Positions 1-14,000 of a DNA stretch of 64,000 nucleotides are shown in pieces. Origin of the DNA: Cenococcum geophilum (Eukaryota); the NCBI GenBank assembly GCA_050273025.1, contig CP158636.1, positions 3,472,001 through 3,536,000 on the forward strand. The letters are read 5' to 3'. Both the position numbers and the translations under genes were made by a program. The notes beneath the pieces are model-generated. The model was not told the DNA's origin. It did not search any database and was given only the letters and a program-made list of their open reading frames with translations. The first letter of the stretch is position 1. Each line of letters opens with the position of its first letter.

Positions 1-470
1 TGACTGAAGGATCTCTTTCTATAGAACTATCCAAAACCTAATGATAATGCGTCCCGATCACCTGAGAGAAGCATACCTTGGCGGTACTATTTTATATTAG
101 CGCCAAGAGAACGGAATTAGGATACAAAAGATCTCGCATATGTGGCATTTGGTGGTCAAGTAGATTAAAATATAACAATAATCACAGCAGGGTGTTTTCA
201 TCTGTTTCGCACTTGTCATGCTTTAGAGCTAAGGCGTGTAGTGCACTATTCTATATGGGCCTAGAACATGAAACTGCGTCAATTCTGGTCACACGTCAGC
301 GTTGCTCTTGGCTTCAGCTTGATGCATTGCAGCCGCATGAAACCATATAAAAAGTCAAACAACAATCCGGCTGTTTTTCCAAAGCTATCATACAAGTGCC
401 ATCATTCCACCTTCCTAGATACGTCGTTCTTGTATTGCACAATATTGGAAACCCGAAGGAGCACGTTGTC

Positions 471-1315
471 ATGGCTTCTTTCAAACTTCACACTACTCCG
501 CTATCCTTCAACAGCCTTCGCCCTGAGCTAGTCCTCGCGGAGAAGGGTATCACAGACTACGAAGTTGTAGCCGCCGATTTAGCCACGGGTTCCCACAAGG
601 TCTCACCTCCCCCCTGCCCTCCGCAAATTCAGCCCTACAAGCCCGCGCTAACAATGGAGCAGACTCCCGAATTTATGCAGAAGTCGCCATTCGGACAAGT
701 CCCCCTCCTCGAACTAGACGACACGCCACTCATCGAATCCCGCGCGATTGCCCGAGTCCTGGCCACCAAATACAGCGACGTCCAGCCGTCCCTGATCCCC
801 GACTACGCGAGCGACCCCAAAGCATTCGCGCTTTTCGAGCAGGCGCTCTCGGTCGAGACGATGAAAGTAGACCCCTACGCCGGGCCACTGATCTACCACA
901 AGCTCATTGCGCCGTAAGCTGCCACCGTCACACCCATGCCAGCATTGCCAATCTCCCGCTTCGCCCTTTTTACTGACAGACCGAAAGCGCCACAGGCAAC
1001 ACCCCCGACGAGGTGGTGATTGCGCGCTGTTTGGCCAAGCTGAATGCGCACCTGAACATCATTGACGGGATCCTTGCGAAGCACAAGTTTATGGCTGGGG
1101 ACGTGTACACGTTGGCAGACATCAACTTCATGCCGACGATGCACGTGTTGTTCCCGATTGGAGAAGGGGAGATGATCACTTCGCGCCCCAATCTGGCGCG
1201 CTGGTGGGCCGAGGTGTCAGGCCGCGAGGCGTGGAAGAAGACGGTGGCGCCGATGGACCAGATGTATGCGCAGATTCAGGCGCAGATGAGCCAGAATGGC
1301 GGTACGATGAATTGA
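471..1315 (+). CDS. Glutathione S-transferase (fungal Phi-like), 3 exons: 471-599, 663-913, 988-1315; ~235 aa
   Basis: ATG at 471. Intron 600-662 (GT..GCTAAC..CAG) and intron 914-987 (GTAAGC..CTGAC..AAG) join the ORF-track pieces in frame (708 nt). GST motifs: SPFGQVP, ESRAIAR.LA.KY, C-terminal N-cap/hydrophobic staple KFMAGDVYTLADI, RPNLARWW. Confidence 0.92.
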
Positions 1316-2105
1316 GCGAGGAAACTGAGGCTGTGGGGTGAAGGTCTAGCCTTTCGGTGTGCGATGCGCCAATACAAGGTTGCAAACACGCGACAGTGGA
1401 TGATACTCTATTAGCAATCATCTCCTAAGCTGTTCTCTAGCTGGCGAACCCCCGGGGATAATCATGACAAGCCCGGTCTAGGTTCTTTCGTCGTGCATCG
1501 TGTATTTCCGTTAAGGTCTGCTCTCGATTTTTCGTGCTCAAGTGTATCCCTGGCCCTCAGGAGGTCTCCGGGCTCTAAGATCTGCGCATGCTGTGAGGGT
1601 GCTGTGGCTTTCTTGCCTCTTAAGTTTGCGCGTAGCCGATGCGTGTGCTCGAAGAGGATGTCGGTTCTATGCTCGTCTAGCGTGTGCATGATTATAACGA
1701 AACTTTCGTCCGTCTGGAAGGAGACGTGACAATGGACGGTAAAGTGAGGTGAGATATGTAGGTTAAGATAGCGGTCGGTTTGACCGCTTGGAGAATATTT
1801 GCTTGGTCGATCTCCCAGTGAGGCTTATGAAATTCCAGCGTATCGGCTGAGAGATATTTTCTATAAACTTTAGTGTAGGTTGGTCCTTCTCTTGCGTGTC
1901 TATCGGTGTGCGGCTCGGGCTTTTCGGGGTATACGTCCGCAACTGGACACTTAGAGGGCCATTGAAACTCTTTGGGTTTTGAAGGGTTGTATGAGTGTCC
2001 CCGAACAATTGCACGGAGCCATTCGTAAGGAAGGTGGTAGCGTGGAGAGAACCTGAGGCTCGAGTCCCGCTTTTTGAGCTGCGCGAATCTGCCGTTGGTA
2101 TTGAA

Positions 2106-3116
2106 TCAAATAGAATTATCGGTTATCCGTTCGAAGTCCGCAATGGATATTCGGCTAACGTTAGAAATCTTCACGTAGCCCCTCAATACGTGGAATCCGT
2201 TGGACGTCAACCAGCGCAACTGATCACCATTATACGCTATCGATAGAATGACGGTCATGACTGCACAAGCCAGTGGAACAACGATGGCCCAGAAAAGGGA
2301 CTGATTGTTGCTCATGTTGCTCATATCGTACGTGTTCATCCCAAAGTAGCTTGCCACAAAATTGAATGGTAGGAAAATCATGGTGACACCTATAAACACC
2401 AGAAGAATAGCTTTTCCGTGACCCCTTTCGCTAACCCCAACACCTTGCCCGGACCTAACCGCCAGACGCCGGCACGCCCCAACAACATCGACGTACTCTT
2501 CATGGTCAATATTGAGGTGCCTGAGAATACTGTCTATGAGGTTCTTTTCGTAGAAACAGATGCAACTACGCCTACCGCTACCCTTGTAGTAGGTTTTCTC
2601 ATGCGAAATAGGAAAATAATTCTGGATGGCTTTTTTTGCCACTAACAGTATCCAGCGCGCCAAGCTCTTCTTGCAGGAGATTGATGTCTCGTAGGAGGCG
2701 TTCTCGTGGGTGAAGATTGACTTAAAATCTCTAGACAGGAGCATAATGCTCAATATATGTGCAGCTGATTTGCAGAACTGGTAGGAGAAAGTTGCAACTG
2801 TGAACGCGGGACTTGAAGCGGTGGCGCAGGAATAAAATTATGTTAATAAGCTTGGGGAATTGTTTCAGATGCATTACGTAAATGAAGTGTAAGGTGTACC
2901 TACAAGGATAAAACGAAGTAGTACCTGATAAAAGGTATTGTGGTTGAAATGTTCTATCTGCTGGAGGAAGAACTCCGCAGTCCGCATTTGTTGGTGCAGA
3001 ATTATAGCATTTGTTACATGCTGATACATATCTCGCCAATCAGAGCCTCTACTCTGCATGGCTTTATCAATTTCTAAATCTGATCCAACTCTTAGATCTT
3101 TTGACCGGAATGTCAT
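2106..3116 (-). pseudogene. Degenerate CorA-like Mg2+-transporter-domain gene (fungal FGMN type); 5' limit uncertain
   Basis: C-terminal HGKAILLVFIGVTMIFLPFNFVASYFGMN...SLFWAIVVPL two-TM signature. Upstream family-like text F*VNLHPRERLLRDINLLQEELGAL lies in a different frame from the TM part (frameshift near the A-run ~2630-2645) and has an in-frame TAA at 2724-2722. Confidence 0.7.
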
Positions 3117-3626
3117 GATTGAATGACCATCTGTGTAGATCCTTGTGTCTGTGAAATGAACTTCGATTTCGTGAAGAATTTAGCCAGGAGCAAACCCCCA
3201 AATCTCCGTTCTTAAAAGCCAGTGATCTTGTTGGAGCGGGGTCTATTTGAAGCTCCTGGTTGGATTGAGGCTTTATGTGGATTTGGATTGGAGCTTCTGA
3301 TTAGTGGATTGGAGTGGATCTGAGAATGATTTGGCTTTTGGAGCTCCGGATCTATACCTAATTCGATCTAAGGCTAAGGAGTTAGTGCACGATATAAATC
3401 CAATTAGCAACTATAACGGATCTATCTCTAACTCGTAAGTAGTGTATTAGCAGACGCCCGCTTACTCTCCTACTGCTGCCGTCGCTTCTACTATTACTTA
3501 TCCACATCTATACTTACCATTATAGTATTATATTTAGCTCCCTCGGGAATAGAATAATATCTATTAGTTTAACTAGCTCTATACTTTAATAAAGTTATTT
3601 TTATCCTAAAATTAATTAATCTAAAG

Positions 3627-6600
3627 TGTCGATCGGTAGTCCGTGCACCGATTGTAAGGAAAGGATGACTCTGTCTATTGAATGGTGGCTCTAGAGCCTC
3701 TATATATATATGAGAAAGGTATAGGAAATGAGAACGAGAAGGGGGTAGGGGGGTGGCAATAGAAACAAGGGGTAGGTGACCGAGTCAATGACCGAGTCAA
3801 TGATTGAGTTAATGACTGAGTCAATGGGAGGTAGCTGAGTCGGTGATAAGATAACCTAATTCAGGTCGACACACCCCCCCCCCCCCCAGCTAATTAACTG
3901 GTAGGCGATTAGCTGGATATACCTAAATAGGAAATATCCATAGTGTTAAACTAAATAGAAACCATCTAAAAGCAATAACTTAATAAGGAAATTGTGCAAA
4001 TAGGTTAAACAGTATAGTTAAATCTAACCACAATAGGGTCTTAATATTAATTAGATTTAGTTATTAAATAAAGCTTTTGTACTTCTACCTTAGCAGGGCC
4101 TTTATAAGACCGTTAGCCGTTATATTAGTAGTAAGGACCTACTTAATTATAATTAAGCCCTTTTAAACTTCTTGGTGAAGCTAATACTAGTAGATATTTA
4201 CGTAATAAAGCTTTATATTTAACTAAAGTCTATTCTTAATAAGCAGTTAAATTATCTATAGGTTATTACAGCTAATTATATACTCCTTATTTATATAGAG
4301 TTATATAGCTTAAAAGAAGCGCTACTACTAAATTAATTCGGTAGCTGCATTTAATAGAGCCTTAAGTTTAGCTTTAGTGCTTAATATTATAACAGTCTTC
4401 TACTTAGTAGAGCGCCAGTTAATTACTCCCCCAAATAGTAAAAATATAAAGCCTTTAGTGCTTTTCTAACTAATAGGATTATTACTAAATGCAGTATTGC
4501 TTATATAGACGACGATCTAACTTCTAATATTCCTATTTAAGTATTTAATTACTAGGGTTCTCGTTTAATAGAGGTATATAATTACTTAATTAACTACGGC
4601 TTTATATAGGGGCGACGGATTACAGAGAAATTCTATAAGCTTGCTTAAGGTTTAAGTAACGTTAGGTTGTATAATATAGGTAGCGTAAAGTAGTAAGCTA
4701 ACCTTTCTCTAATATATATAGACCTGCTACTTAAAGGCCTACTCTGGGTTAGGTAAGAGATTATCTATACTTATTAGCGTATATATTAGACGATAATCTT
4801 TTAAATAAAAAGTGCTGGCGATTTTATTAATATAGGAATCTTAATAGAGCTAAAGTTTTTATTAATGTTAATTACGGAGGATTCTAATTCCTAAGAACTA
4901 GGTTAGTTCTCTTAGGTTCTTAATCTTATACTTCTTTATTAGCTCTTCCTTAAAGAGTTAAAGCTTTAGTAGGTCTTTTATACGGCAGGCTGCTACAATA
5001 TTATTAATATAAAAGAACATAATTAGCTAGTCGTTATAAAATAGGCACGATTCTCTATTAACTACCGTTAGACCTAGGGTTATTAGGGTAGTTAAGAACT
5101 TATTAAGCTAAAGTAGTAGTAATTATTAAAGGCTATATAAAGCTCTTTAAAGAAGCAAATACCTACCCTTCTATTAAAAGCCATCTAGAAACTTAATATA
5201 GACTATCTTATTAATAAGGCTATTAGCGAAGGCGTTAACTATGTTGTATTACTAAGTCTCTAGATTATATACGGCGATAATCGCCATTATAGCCCTAAAT
5301 ATTTTTGCTGTAAGAGTTACTACATACACGTCCTTTTTACTAAGTTATTATAAGTCGCCTTATATACAATAACGGGCTTTAAATTTAACTAGATATTTAT
5401 TAGTGTTAAACTTATAAGTAAACACCTAGGTAACGGGTAAGACGTCAAGCGATACTATCCGTTTAACAGTCTCGAATATCCCTCGCTGCTTAAGATTACT
5501 AAATTCCTTATTAGCGGCTTCCGTAAAGCCATCTTTATATAGGTAAGCTTAAAGCTCCTTCTAGCTACGAGGTAGTAATAGAAGCTCGTTATAGTATAAT
5601 TGCTTTTAGTAATATTTAATTCTAGTAGTAAAAGCTTTATAGAAGGCAAGAAGGGTATCTAATTACTTAATATCTGTAAGGTAAGCTTCTTAACGCATTA
5701 AGGGCTTCTTTATTCTTCTGCTTATTATAATATTAATATCACCTATATTGCTATAGATCTCCTATCTTAGATAGGCTTATTCTCTAAAAATAAGTTTAAA
5801 TTAGGGTTTTTGCTTAATTAAGGCACTTAACAGCTCTATATTAGTAGTATTTAATTAAGGTTCTAGCGTCTTAGCCAGGGTAAAAAGGCCTAGTATAGAG
5901 TCGTCCTTAGAGGCTTATAGGCTAATTGCGTTATCGTCCTAATCTGTCGCTTAATCTTAATTTTTATTAGCATCTACTTATTAACTTCCACTAATATCTA
6001 CTTTATCCTCCTTATCTAACGTCTTATCTAACGTCTTATTAAGCTCTTCCTAAAGCGTCCTATTAATATTTAACACATTAATTACCTTTAAAATTTAATC
6101 CACGCGTTTCTAGAGTAGATTTATAAGATTTAGCTAACTGTTATTATAAAGCAATTGCTTATTAAACGTCACGCCTTTTTATTTAAATTAACTTTTTTTT
6201 TGCTGGGTATATAGACCCTAAAGATATTCATTAATTAATACCCTACTAGGTATCTAATATAAGCCCTTAGCTTAAGCTTTCGTATATATAGGATATTATA
6301 TTTAAGCGGGTAAGCTCTATAGCTATATACTTATAGGTAAGCTATATTTAGCTTTAATAGCAAGAGCCTTAGTACTAACTAAAGCTTTTTAAAAGGTGTT
6401 ATTTAGCTAAGCTAGGCGCTTAGTATCTAATTAATTAAATATATTATAACCCTAGTAATTTCTAGCTAGAGCTCTTCTAGTAATTAAGCTTTAATCTATA
6501 TATATTAAGACTTAATAAAAATTACCCCCCTAGAACGTTTAGTAAAACCATTCTAAGACTTTATATATGGGGCCGACTGCTCTAGTAATATTCCTTTTTA

Positions 6601-9030
6601 GGTCCGCTAGGTGTTAAACTCGCTACCTAAAGACATTTCGCTATTAATTTAAATTATTGCGATCTTTAAGTTATATTAACGTTCTACCCTATTTAAGTAT
6701 TATATAATTGCTTATGTCGTTAACAACTTATAGGCAAAGGTCTTAACCTCGTTTAAATGCAGAAATTTATTATAGAAATATATCGTCCAGATATAACTAT
6801 TATACGCTACAATCTTTGGAAACAAGTTAATATACACTTAATAGAAAGGTCTAGTTACCTTACTAGTAGGTAGTCTTCTTAATACAATCTTATAAGCCTT
6901 GCTAACAGCATAGGTCTTGCAGTTAATTATTGCTAGACTTTAAAGTCTCGCACCACCTACTTCCTAGGGTAAATGCTTAATCGCATTAGGTCCTATATAG
7001 CCCAGTTTTTTATACTAAAGTCTACTAGCTACTTCCTAATTAGAAAGGAGGTTTCGCAATTAGATTGCGAATAAGGCCTTACTTAGGGTCCTTAATTATA
7101 GCTCGTTGTATTCTAGGGTCGATTAATTATAATAGCGCTCGCAATATGCGAACGTCTTATAATCGTTTTTATACAGTAGGTTCTTTTTATTGTCCCACCA
7201 TATATCCTTATTATTAAACTTTCTTAGGTAGGCTAAATTTGTATAAAAACCTAGTATATAAGCTGCGTTTGCTGAAAAAATCTTTCTAGGACCTAATAGT
7301 ATTTAGATAGTAATTACCACCATCTCTATACCCTTAACTAGATCTATACCCGTCCTAGTATATATAAAGTTATTACTTGGGTAGAGCTCGTTAACGAACC
7401 TTAATTAATTATTAATAACGTATATAGTGGTTCTATTGTTAAGGATTACGCTATTACGCAGCTTATAGTTAGTGCCTGCTTTATAGGCGCCTATTTAATA
7501 TACGCAAAAGGTACTATTATCTTCCTTTTTATTTAGGCTCTGTAGAGCTTCCTTTTTTAAAGACTACTTCCTAACCTTTTCTAGTGTTTGCTTATACTAT
7601 TCTAGGGCGTTAGCAATCTTTTTCTTAACCTTTTTAGCCGTAGCTTTATTTAATTTCCAGTCCTTTAATTAAACCGTCTCGTTAATATAAGGACAATCTT
7701 AGAACTAGCAAATAGCTCCATAGTAGCATATTAGAGTATCTTTCTTCCGTGCCGTCCTAGAAGGGGTAGTAGTAGGGGCCTTATCTTTAGGAGCCTCGTC
7801 CTTAAAAGCCTTATTAATTGGCTTACCCTAGAAGCTTACTATATTAGCACTAAGCTAAGCTCTATTTTTCTACTAGGTAGTTTTTAGTTATTAATAGTTC
7901 TGATATATTTTGACTAGTTAATATATAGATATTACATAGTCCTTAGCCCAGTTATATTTATTAAATTTAACCCTCTATATTAAGGCCTAATTTAATAATA
8001 CTAGCTTTACCGCTAGCAAGAAGTCTCTAATTACTTAGTCGCCGTCTATATCTAATAATTTAATCTTTTTATAATCGTTATACGTCTTCTCCTACTACTA
8101 TAACTAGGCCTTAAAGTTCTAATTCTTTAGGCCCTTTTTAACCTTAGCATATTAAGTGGATAGGTAGAGCTAATGTGCAGTATTAGTAGGGGCAACCCTC
8201 TCCTTAAGAGTTACTAGTATATTAAGTGGATAGGTAGAGCTAATATGCAGTATTAGTAGGGGTAACCCTCTCCTTAAGAGTTACTAGTATATTGTATACT
8301 GAGTTAATACCCAGTATATAGGTATTTAGATATCTAGCTACTACACCAGTGGTATAGCTTTGTAAAAAAGTTAAGGCCACCTTCTACTTCTTATACTCCT
8401 TCTTTATTATCTTATACCTCTTATAGAGAATTTAAAGCTCGTCCTTCTTGTTCTTAGAGAGAGCTATATAGGAGGTTATTCCTAACTTTATATTTTAAGG
8501 CCTAGGAAAGACAGGTTCAATTAATTAGGGCAACTTATCCCATTTAGTTAAGGGGTTAACATATTCCTATACGTCTCCTATTTGGGCTTAAAGCCTAATA
8601 AGGTTAATCCATTTGTCCTAATTAGCTTAGCTCAATAATATCACCGTCGTGGTAATAGCTTGGGTAAGTAGTTAAGAAGTCATTTTAAAAAGGTGCTTAT
8701 AGAAAGGTTGAAGGATTTAGTAATAAGTAGTAATTTAATAAGGGGTATATTAATTAAATTAAATAGTTAAATAGAGGCAATACGGCAAGCAACCCGGGCT
8801 TATAACTGTCGATTAGTAATCCGTGCACCAATTATAAGAAAAGAATAATAACTCTATCTATTAAATGGTGGCTCTAGAGCCTTTATATATATATAAAAAA
8901 GGTATAGGAAATAAGAACAAGAAGGGGGTAGGGGGGTGGTAATAGAAACAAGGGGTAGGTGACCGAGTCAATGACTAAGTCAATAGGAGGTAGCTAAGTC
9001 GGTAATAAGATAACCTAATTCAGGTCGACA
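3627..9030 (-). mobile_element. Copia A: full-length RIP-inactivated Ty1/Copia LTR retrotransposon
   Basis: LTRs 3627-3871 and 8807-9030 (TG..CA); TSD TAAAG on both sides; poly-C (PPT on minus) next to the left LTR; GTTATAAGCCCGG half-tRNAiMet-type PBS on minus next to the right LTR; RT remnants (VGSLLYA..TRPDV, F-Y-I-D-D-like). Confidence 0.93.
8151..8290. repeat. 70-bp tandem duplication inside the gag region of Copia A
   Basis: 8151-8220 and 8221-8290 are identical except for two transitions. Confidence 0.9.
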
Positions 9031-11012
9031 TAAAGGCTAACAATATTAAGGAGGTGCTTAAACTTAAGTTATAGGGTTAAAATTATATTCGTTATAACGC
9101 CTTAATAAAAAAACTAAAGTATATAAAGAGGCGTATGTCGCTAATATAGCTTTAGAGTAAGAATCTATAGCTAAAGAAAAGTAATGGCTTAACAATATAC
9201 TACTTCTGTTATTTTTATAAGAAGTTTAATCAGCTGCAAGAGCTTCCTATTATGTTAACTAAAGATCTACCGTATTAGCTTACTTAATTAAGGATTATAA
9301 TATAGATAAGACTATAGGCCTATTGAAAAAGCAGAGCAATCCTATATAGGATTAGCCGATAATTAAGGATTATCCTACTAAAAGGTAGCTAATTTAGAGT
9401 TATAATTTTAACACTTTTAAGCAACTACTTATACGTTAGATTGCCTATTATTATATCACCTTAGAGAGTCTCTAGGTCGAAGCTATAGCTCTATAAGAGA
9501 TTATATAGGATCTTTATAAGCTAAAGCTCTTTATATCTCTTTAAGGACGTTTAACCTTTTAAGCTTTATTAGTAGGACCCGCTTTAGCGTAGTAAACCAC
9601 GGTTAGCCTAAAGAGTATTACTAATCTAGCCTCCCTTCTCTAATCCGTGTTCTAATTAACTGTCTATAGTGGGTACGATTTGCTAAGTATATACTATAAC
9701 GGGACTAACCTAGTTATAGTAGGAATGTCTTAGTAAAACACTCGACAGACAAATTCCGACGCTTTAACTAAATTCTGCCAAATTCTGCTAGCTTAATCGA
9801 CTTCTACTAAGTTCTACTAGATTAATTAAATTCTACTAAAGTCTATTAAAGACCGCGTGCGTATATACGTATGTATTAACCACTAAGACCCCTAACTATT
9901 TAATTATAAGATTCTCTTGTTATTCCTTTCTCTTTTTTATATAATGTCGTATACTATAAGAGCTATATACCCTTAAATTTATATAGAATTTATATTGTTC
10001 CTTTAAATCTTTCCTAAAGCCTCTTTACGCCCTTATATTACATTATATTAAAATAACTATTATTAAAATAGCAAATGAACCTAAATCCCTTTTAATAACT
10101 ATAAGTATTATATCCCTAGTTAGGGAATAATTAACTATAATATAAAAGTCCTTTATAGATGCCTTAGCTTAATAGCGGGCTATACTAGAAGCTTAGTGTT
10201 AACAATTAATGGAAGTACTCTACGAAGAACTCCGTAACGCTAAGGCACTTACATTAGAGACCCTAATAGCAATACCCCTAAATAAGATTAAAATAACCGT
10301 ATTTAAACCTAGTCCGTTAAATATAAATACTAAAACTAGTAATAGTAGCTTAACTTATATATATAATAAACCCAGTACCTATTATAAAAATCTAAAAAGC
10401 TCCCTAATCCTCTAATATTTAATAAAAATTAAAATAACTTACGTCCCTTTATAACTAAGCTCTATTTTAAACTTTTAATAAACTATAACTAATACCCTAT
10501 TAAAGCTAGTAAGGTTAGCTATAGAATATCTTATTTAAATAAGGACGCTATACAAACTATAGATCTATTCTTTTATAATAGCACCTTTATTAATTTTAAA
10601 ATCTTTATCTCTTTACTAAAATAAACGTGTAATTGTAACGGCTTGTATAAATACCTCTGAACCAAAGCTTGTAGAATGCTATCTTATAAAGATACTAAGC
10701 TAAGAAGAGGAGGAGAGGTATATATAGGAGGTGGGGACGTAATATATACGCGTTATAACGCTAAGTCCTTAGCTGAACCCCTAACTAGGCTCCCTGTCCA
10801 GGTTACGCGTTATAGTGCCGTAACATTACCCCCCCCCTTTAAAAGAAAGCCTGCTCTTAAGCTTTATTAAAAACAAAGTAGAACTAAAGAAAAAAAGATG
10901 TAAGTATATTTAGACTAAGTATATAAGGCAACTATAAGTTACGTAAAAGCGCTAGAGTAAAAAGGGTAGCTGCTAAAACTCTTAATAAGGATCTGGCTAA
11001 TTAGAGAACTTT

Positions 11013-14000
11013 TATAACGGGACTAGCCCAGTTACAGTAGGAATGTCTTGGTGAAACACTTGACAGATAAATTCCAACGCTTTAACCAAAATCTACTAGA
11101 TCAATCAAATTACCGAAGTCCGTCGAAGACCGCGTGCGTATATACGCACGCATTGACCACTAAGCCCCTAACTATTTAATTATATAATTCTCTTATTATT
11201 CCTTTCTCTTCTTTACATAACGTCTTATTTTTAGCAAGAGCTATATACCCTTAGATTTAGATAAAATTTATATTATTCCTTCAAATCTTCCTAAAGTCTC
11301 TCCACGCCCTTATATTACGTTACGTCTATACTAATACCCTCAAAATAGTAAATAAACTTAAATCTACCACGTCAACTATTATAGCCCTAGTTAGGGAACA
11401 AATAACTATAATATAACAGTCCTTTATAGATACCTTAGCCTAGTAACGAACTATACTAGAAGCTTAGTATTAGCAATCGATTAAAGCAATATATAAAGAA
11501 CTCTACGACGCCAAAGTACTCGCGTTAGAGACCCTAATAGTAATACCTGTAAATAAAATTGAAATAATTATATATAAATCTGACCTATTAAATACAAACC
11601 CTAAATTAGTAACGGCAGCTTAACCTATACCTGTAATAAACCCGGTACCTACTATAAAATTTAAAAAGCTCCCTAACCCTTTAATGTTTAATAGAAATCA
11701 AAATAACCTACGTCCCTTTATAACTAAGCTCCATCTTAAACTTTTAATAAACTATAATTAATACCCTACTAAAGCTAGTAAGATTAGCTATGGAATATCC
11801 CGTTTAAATAAAGACGCTGCATAAACTATAGACCTATTCTTCTATAATAGCACCTTTATTAATTTTAAAATCTTTATCTCTTTACTAAAATTAATGTATA
11901 ATAACGCCAGCCGTAAATATACAGCTATTACTAAACTTAAAAACCTATAATAACGGAACCGAGACTTTACTAGCTTCTTTTCGGAATTTTTAGGCCTTAT
12001 TAGTAAACTAGATTAGAATAAAGCCGCTAGAGTTACTGCTCTCCGCCAAGCTATTTTAGATAAAATTAGAGCATAGTTAGTGGGCAGAGAACTGCCAAAG
12101 GACTTACCTAAATTTGCTATAATATATTAATAAATTAATAAGGACCTTTAATATAATAAACAGACTCATTTCCTAAAGCCAACTATACCTTATGCTTAAA
12201 ACTCCACAAAACCGGCATATACCTTAAAGCGCAATCCATCTCTAAGACCTAAAAGCCTTATATACAACCCTATAGACCTTAATACTACCTAATTCTATAT
12301 ACCCTTAGGAACTAATAAATAAAGAATATAAGCCGCAAATAGAGAATGTTTTAAATATGGAAAAAAGGGATATATTTAAAGGGATTGCTAAACTTACCCT
12401 TTTAAAAAGGTCCGTCGTAGCTCCTCTTAATCCTTAAGTTATACTTATTCTATAAATTATACTTAGTTGCTATAAAGTATCTTACCTTTAGTTAACTTAA
12501 AAAATAAATTGTCCTAGGGCCAAGTTGCGCCTTAGGATAAGAAGTGGAAGAGTATAAGTGTCTAGGCTCTTTTAGCGCTAATATATAATATAACTCCCTT
12601 AATATACTTAGCGAAATTTAAATACTTAAAAAATGGAAGAAAATATAAATCCTTATAAATAGCAGAGCTACTAGTATAGGCTTTATTAATATAAACTACG
12701 TAAAAACTTAACACTTAAATTTAAAGAAACTTAATAAGCCCTAAGGCTTATAAGGCTTTAATAGCAAGCCTTTAATATACGGTAAACTAATATACTACGC
12801 TTTTATAAAGATGTAGATAGGCGAATACCTTAAATACATTTCCCTATTTATAATACCCTTAAAGTATTATAAGGTAATACTTAGATATAGATAGCTAAAA
12901 TAATATAACCCTTTAATTAGCTGGGTTAAAGAAACACTAAAATTCCGTATAACCTACTGCTGAAGTTATTACTTAAAACACTACTTGCCCTATAAATATA
13001 TATATAACTATTTAAATTTAATATAATATAAATTACCCTTACTATAAACCTTAAACTAATATAATAAAGTTATAACTATTAATTATAGTAAAGAATGCGA
13101 AGATAATATATCGAAACCTCTTAAAATTTGTATAATATAAGCCGTACCCTTTTATTTATTAGTAAGAAAATAAAACTATAAGATCTTTATTATAATACTA
13201 GAAGATATTAAGAAGGCGTTAAAACTAAAGCAATATATTAACCCCCGACCTCTTATACCTAAAAAATATTATAATCTAATTAATACGTTTAAGAGATAAT
13301 TTATAAACTAACTACCCCTATATTAAGATAAGCACGATTTTAAGATAGAACTTAAACCTAGTATAACGCTAAAGTTTGGCCTGTTATACGGTATGTTATA
13401 AGAAGAGCTACTTATAATATAATAATACCTTAAAGAGCACCTAAAGAAAGGATTTATTCGCCCTAGTTAATTACTATTCGCCTTACCTATACTATTTATT
13501 AAGAAACCTAGAGGAGGCTTAAGATTCTATGTTAATTATTAAGCCCTAAATATAATTATAATTTAAAACCAATATCCAATTCCTCTACTTTAAGAAACGC
13601 TTAACTACTTAGCGAAAGTATAATACTTTACGAAGCTTAACGTAGTCGCTACCTTTAATTAAATCCGTGTTCGCGAAGGAGATAAGAAGTATACGGCTTT
13701 CTATATATAATAGGGACTTTTTAAATACCTAATAATGCTGTTTAGCGTAAAGAACGGTCTTAGTATGTTTTAGTAATACGTTAATAATATCTTAATCTAT
13801 TCGTCTTCGCTTTTTAAATATTAGAAGTACATCTAAATAGTCCTTAAACGCCTACAAGACGCAGGCTTATAATGCGACATTAAGAAATATAAGTTCCACA
13901 CGTCTAAAGTTATATACTTAGGCCTGATTATATCCTATAACGGAATTAAAATAGACCCTAAGAAAATCGCTGCAATTATAAACTAGGAAAGTCCTAGTAG

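Larger units (their letters stand above)
3220..9694 (+). mobile_element. Probable hAT-superfamily DNA transposon remnant (outermost host), split by Copia A and interrupted by Gypsy B
   Basis: CAGTG start at 3220 followed by clustered TTGGAG/TTGGAT subterminal repeats (3230-3345). De-RIP translation of ~9195-9460 gives BED-finger-like YFCxxC...STVLAHLIKDH and FKQLLIRWI. The right end is not in the window. Confidence 0.5.

Noticed and set aside
1462..2246. Small ORFs between the GST and the CorA-like pseudogene
   Set aside because: No recognisable motifs or supported splice structure. They may be a decayed 3' extension of the pseudogene, but that cannot be supported.
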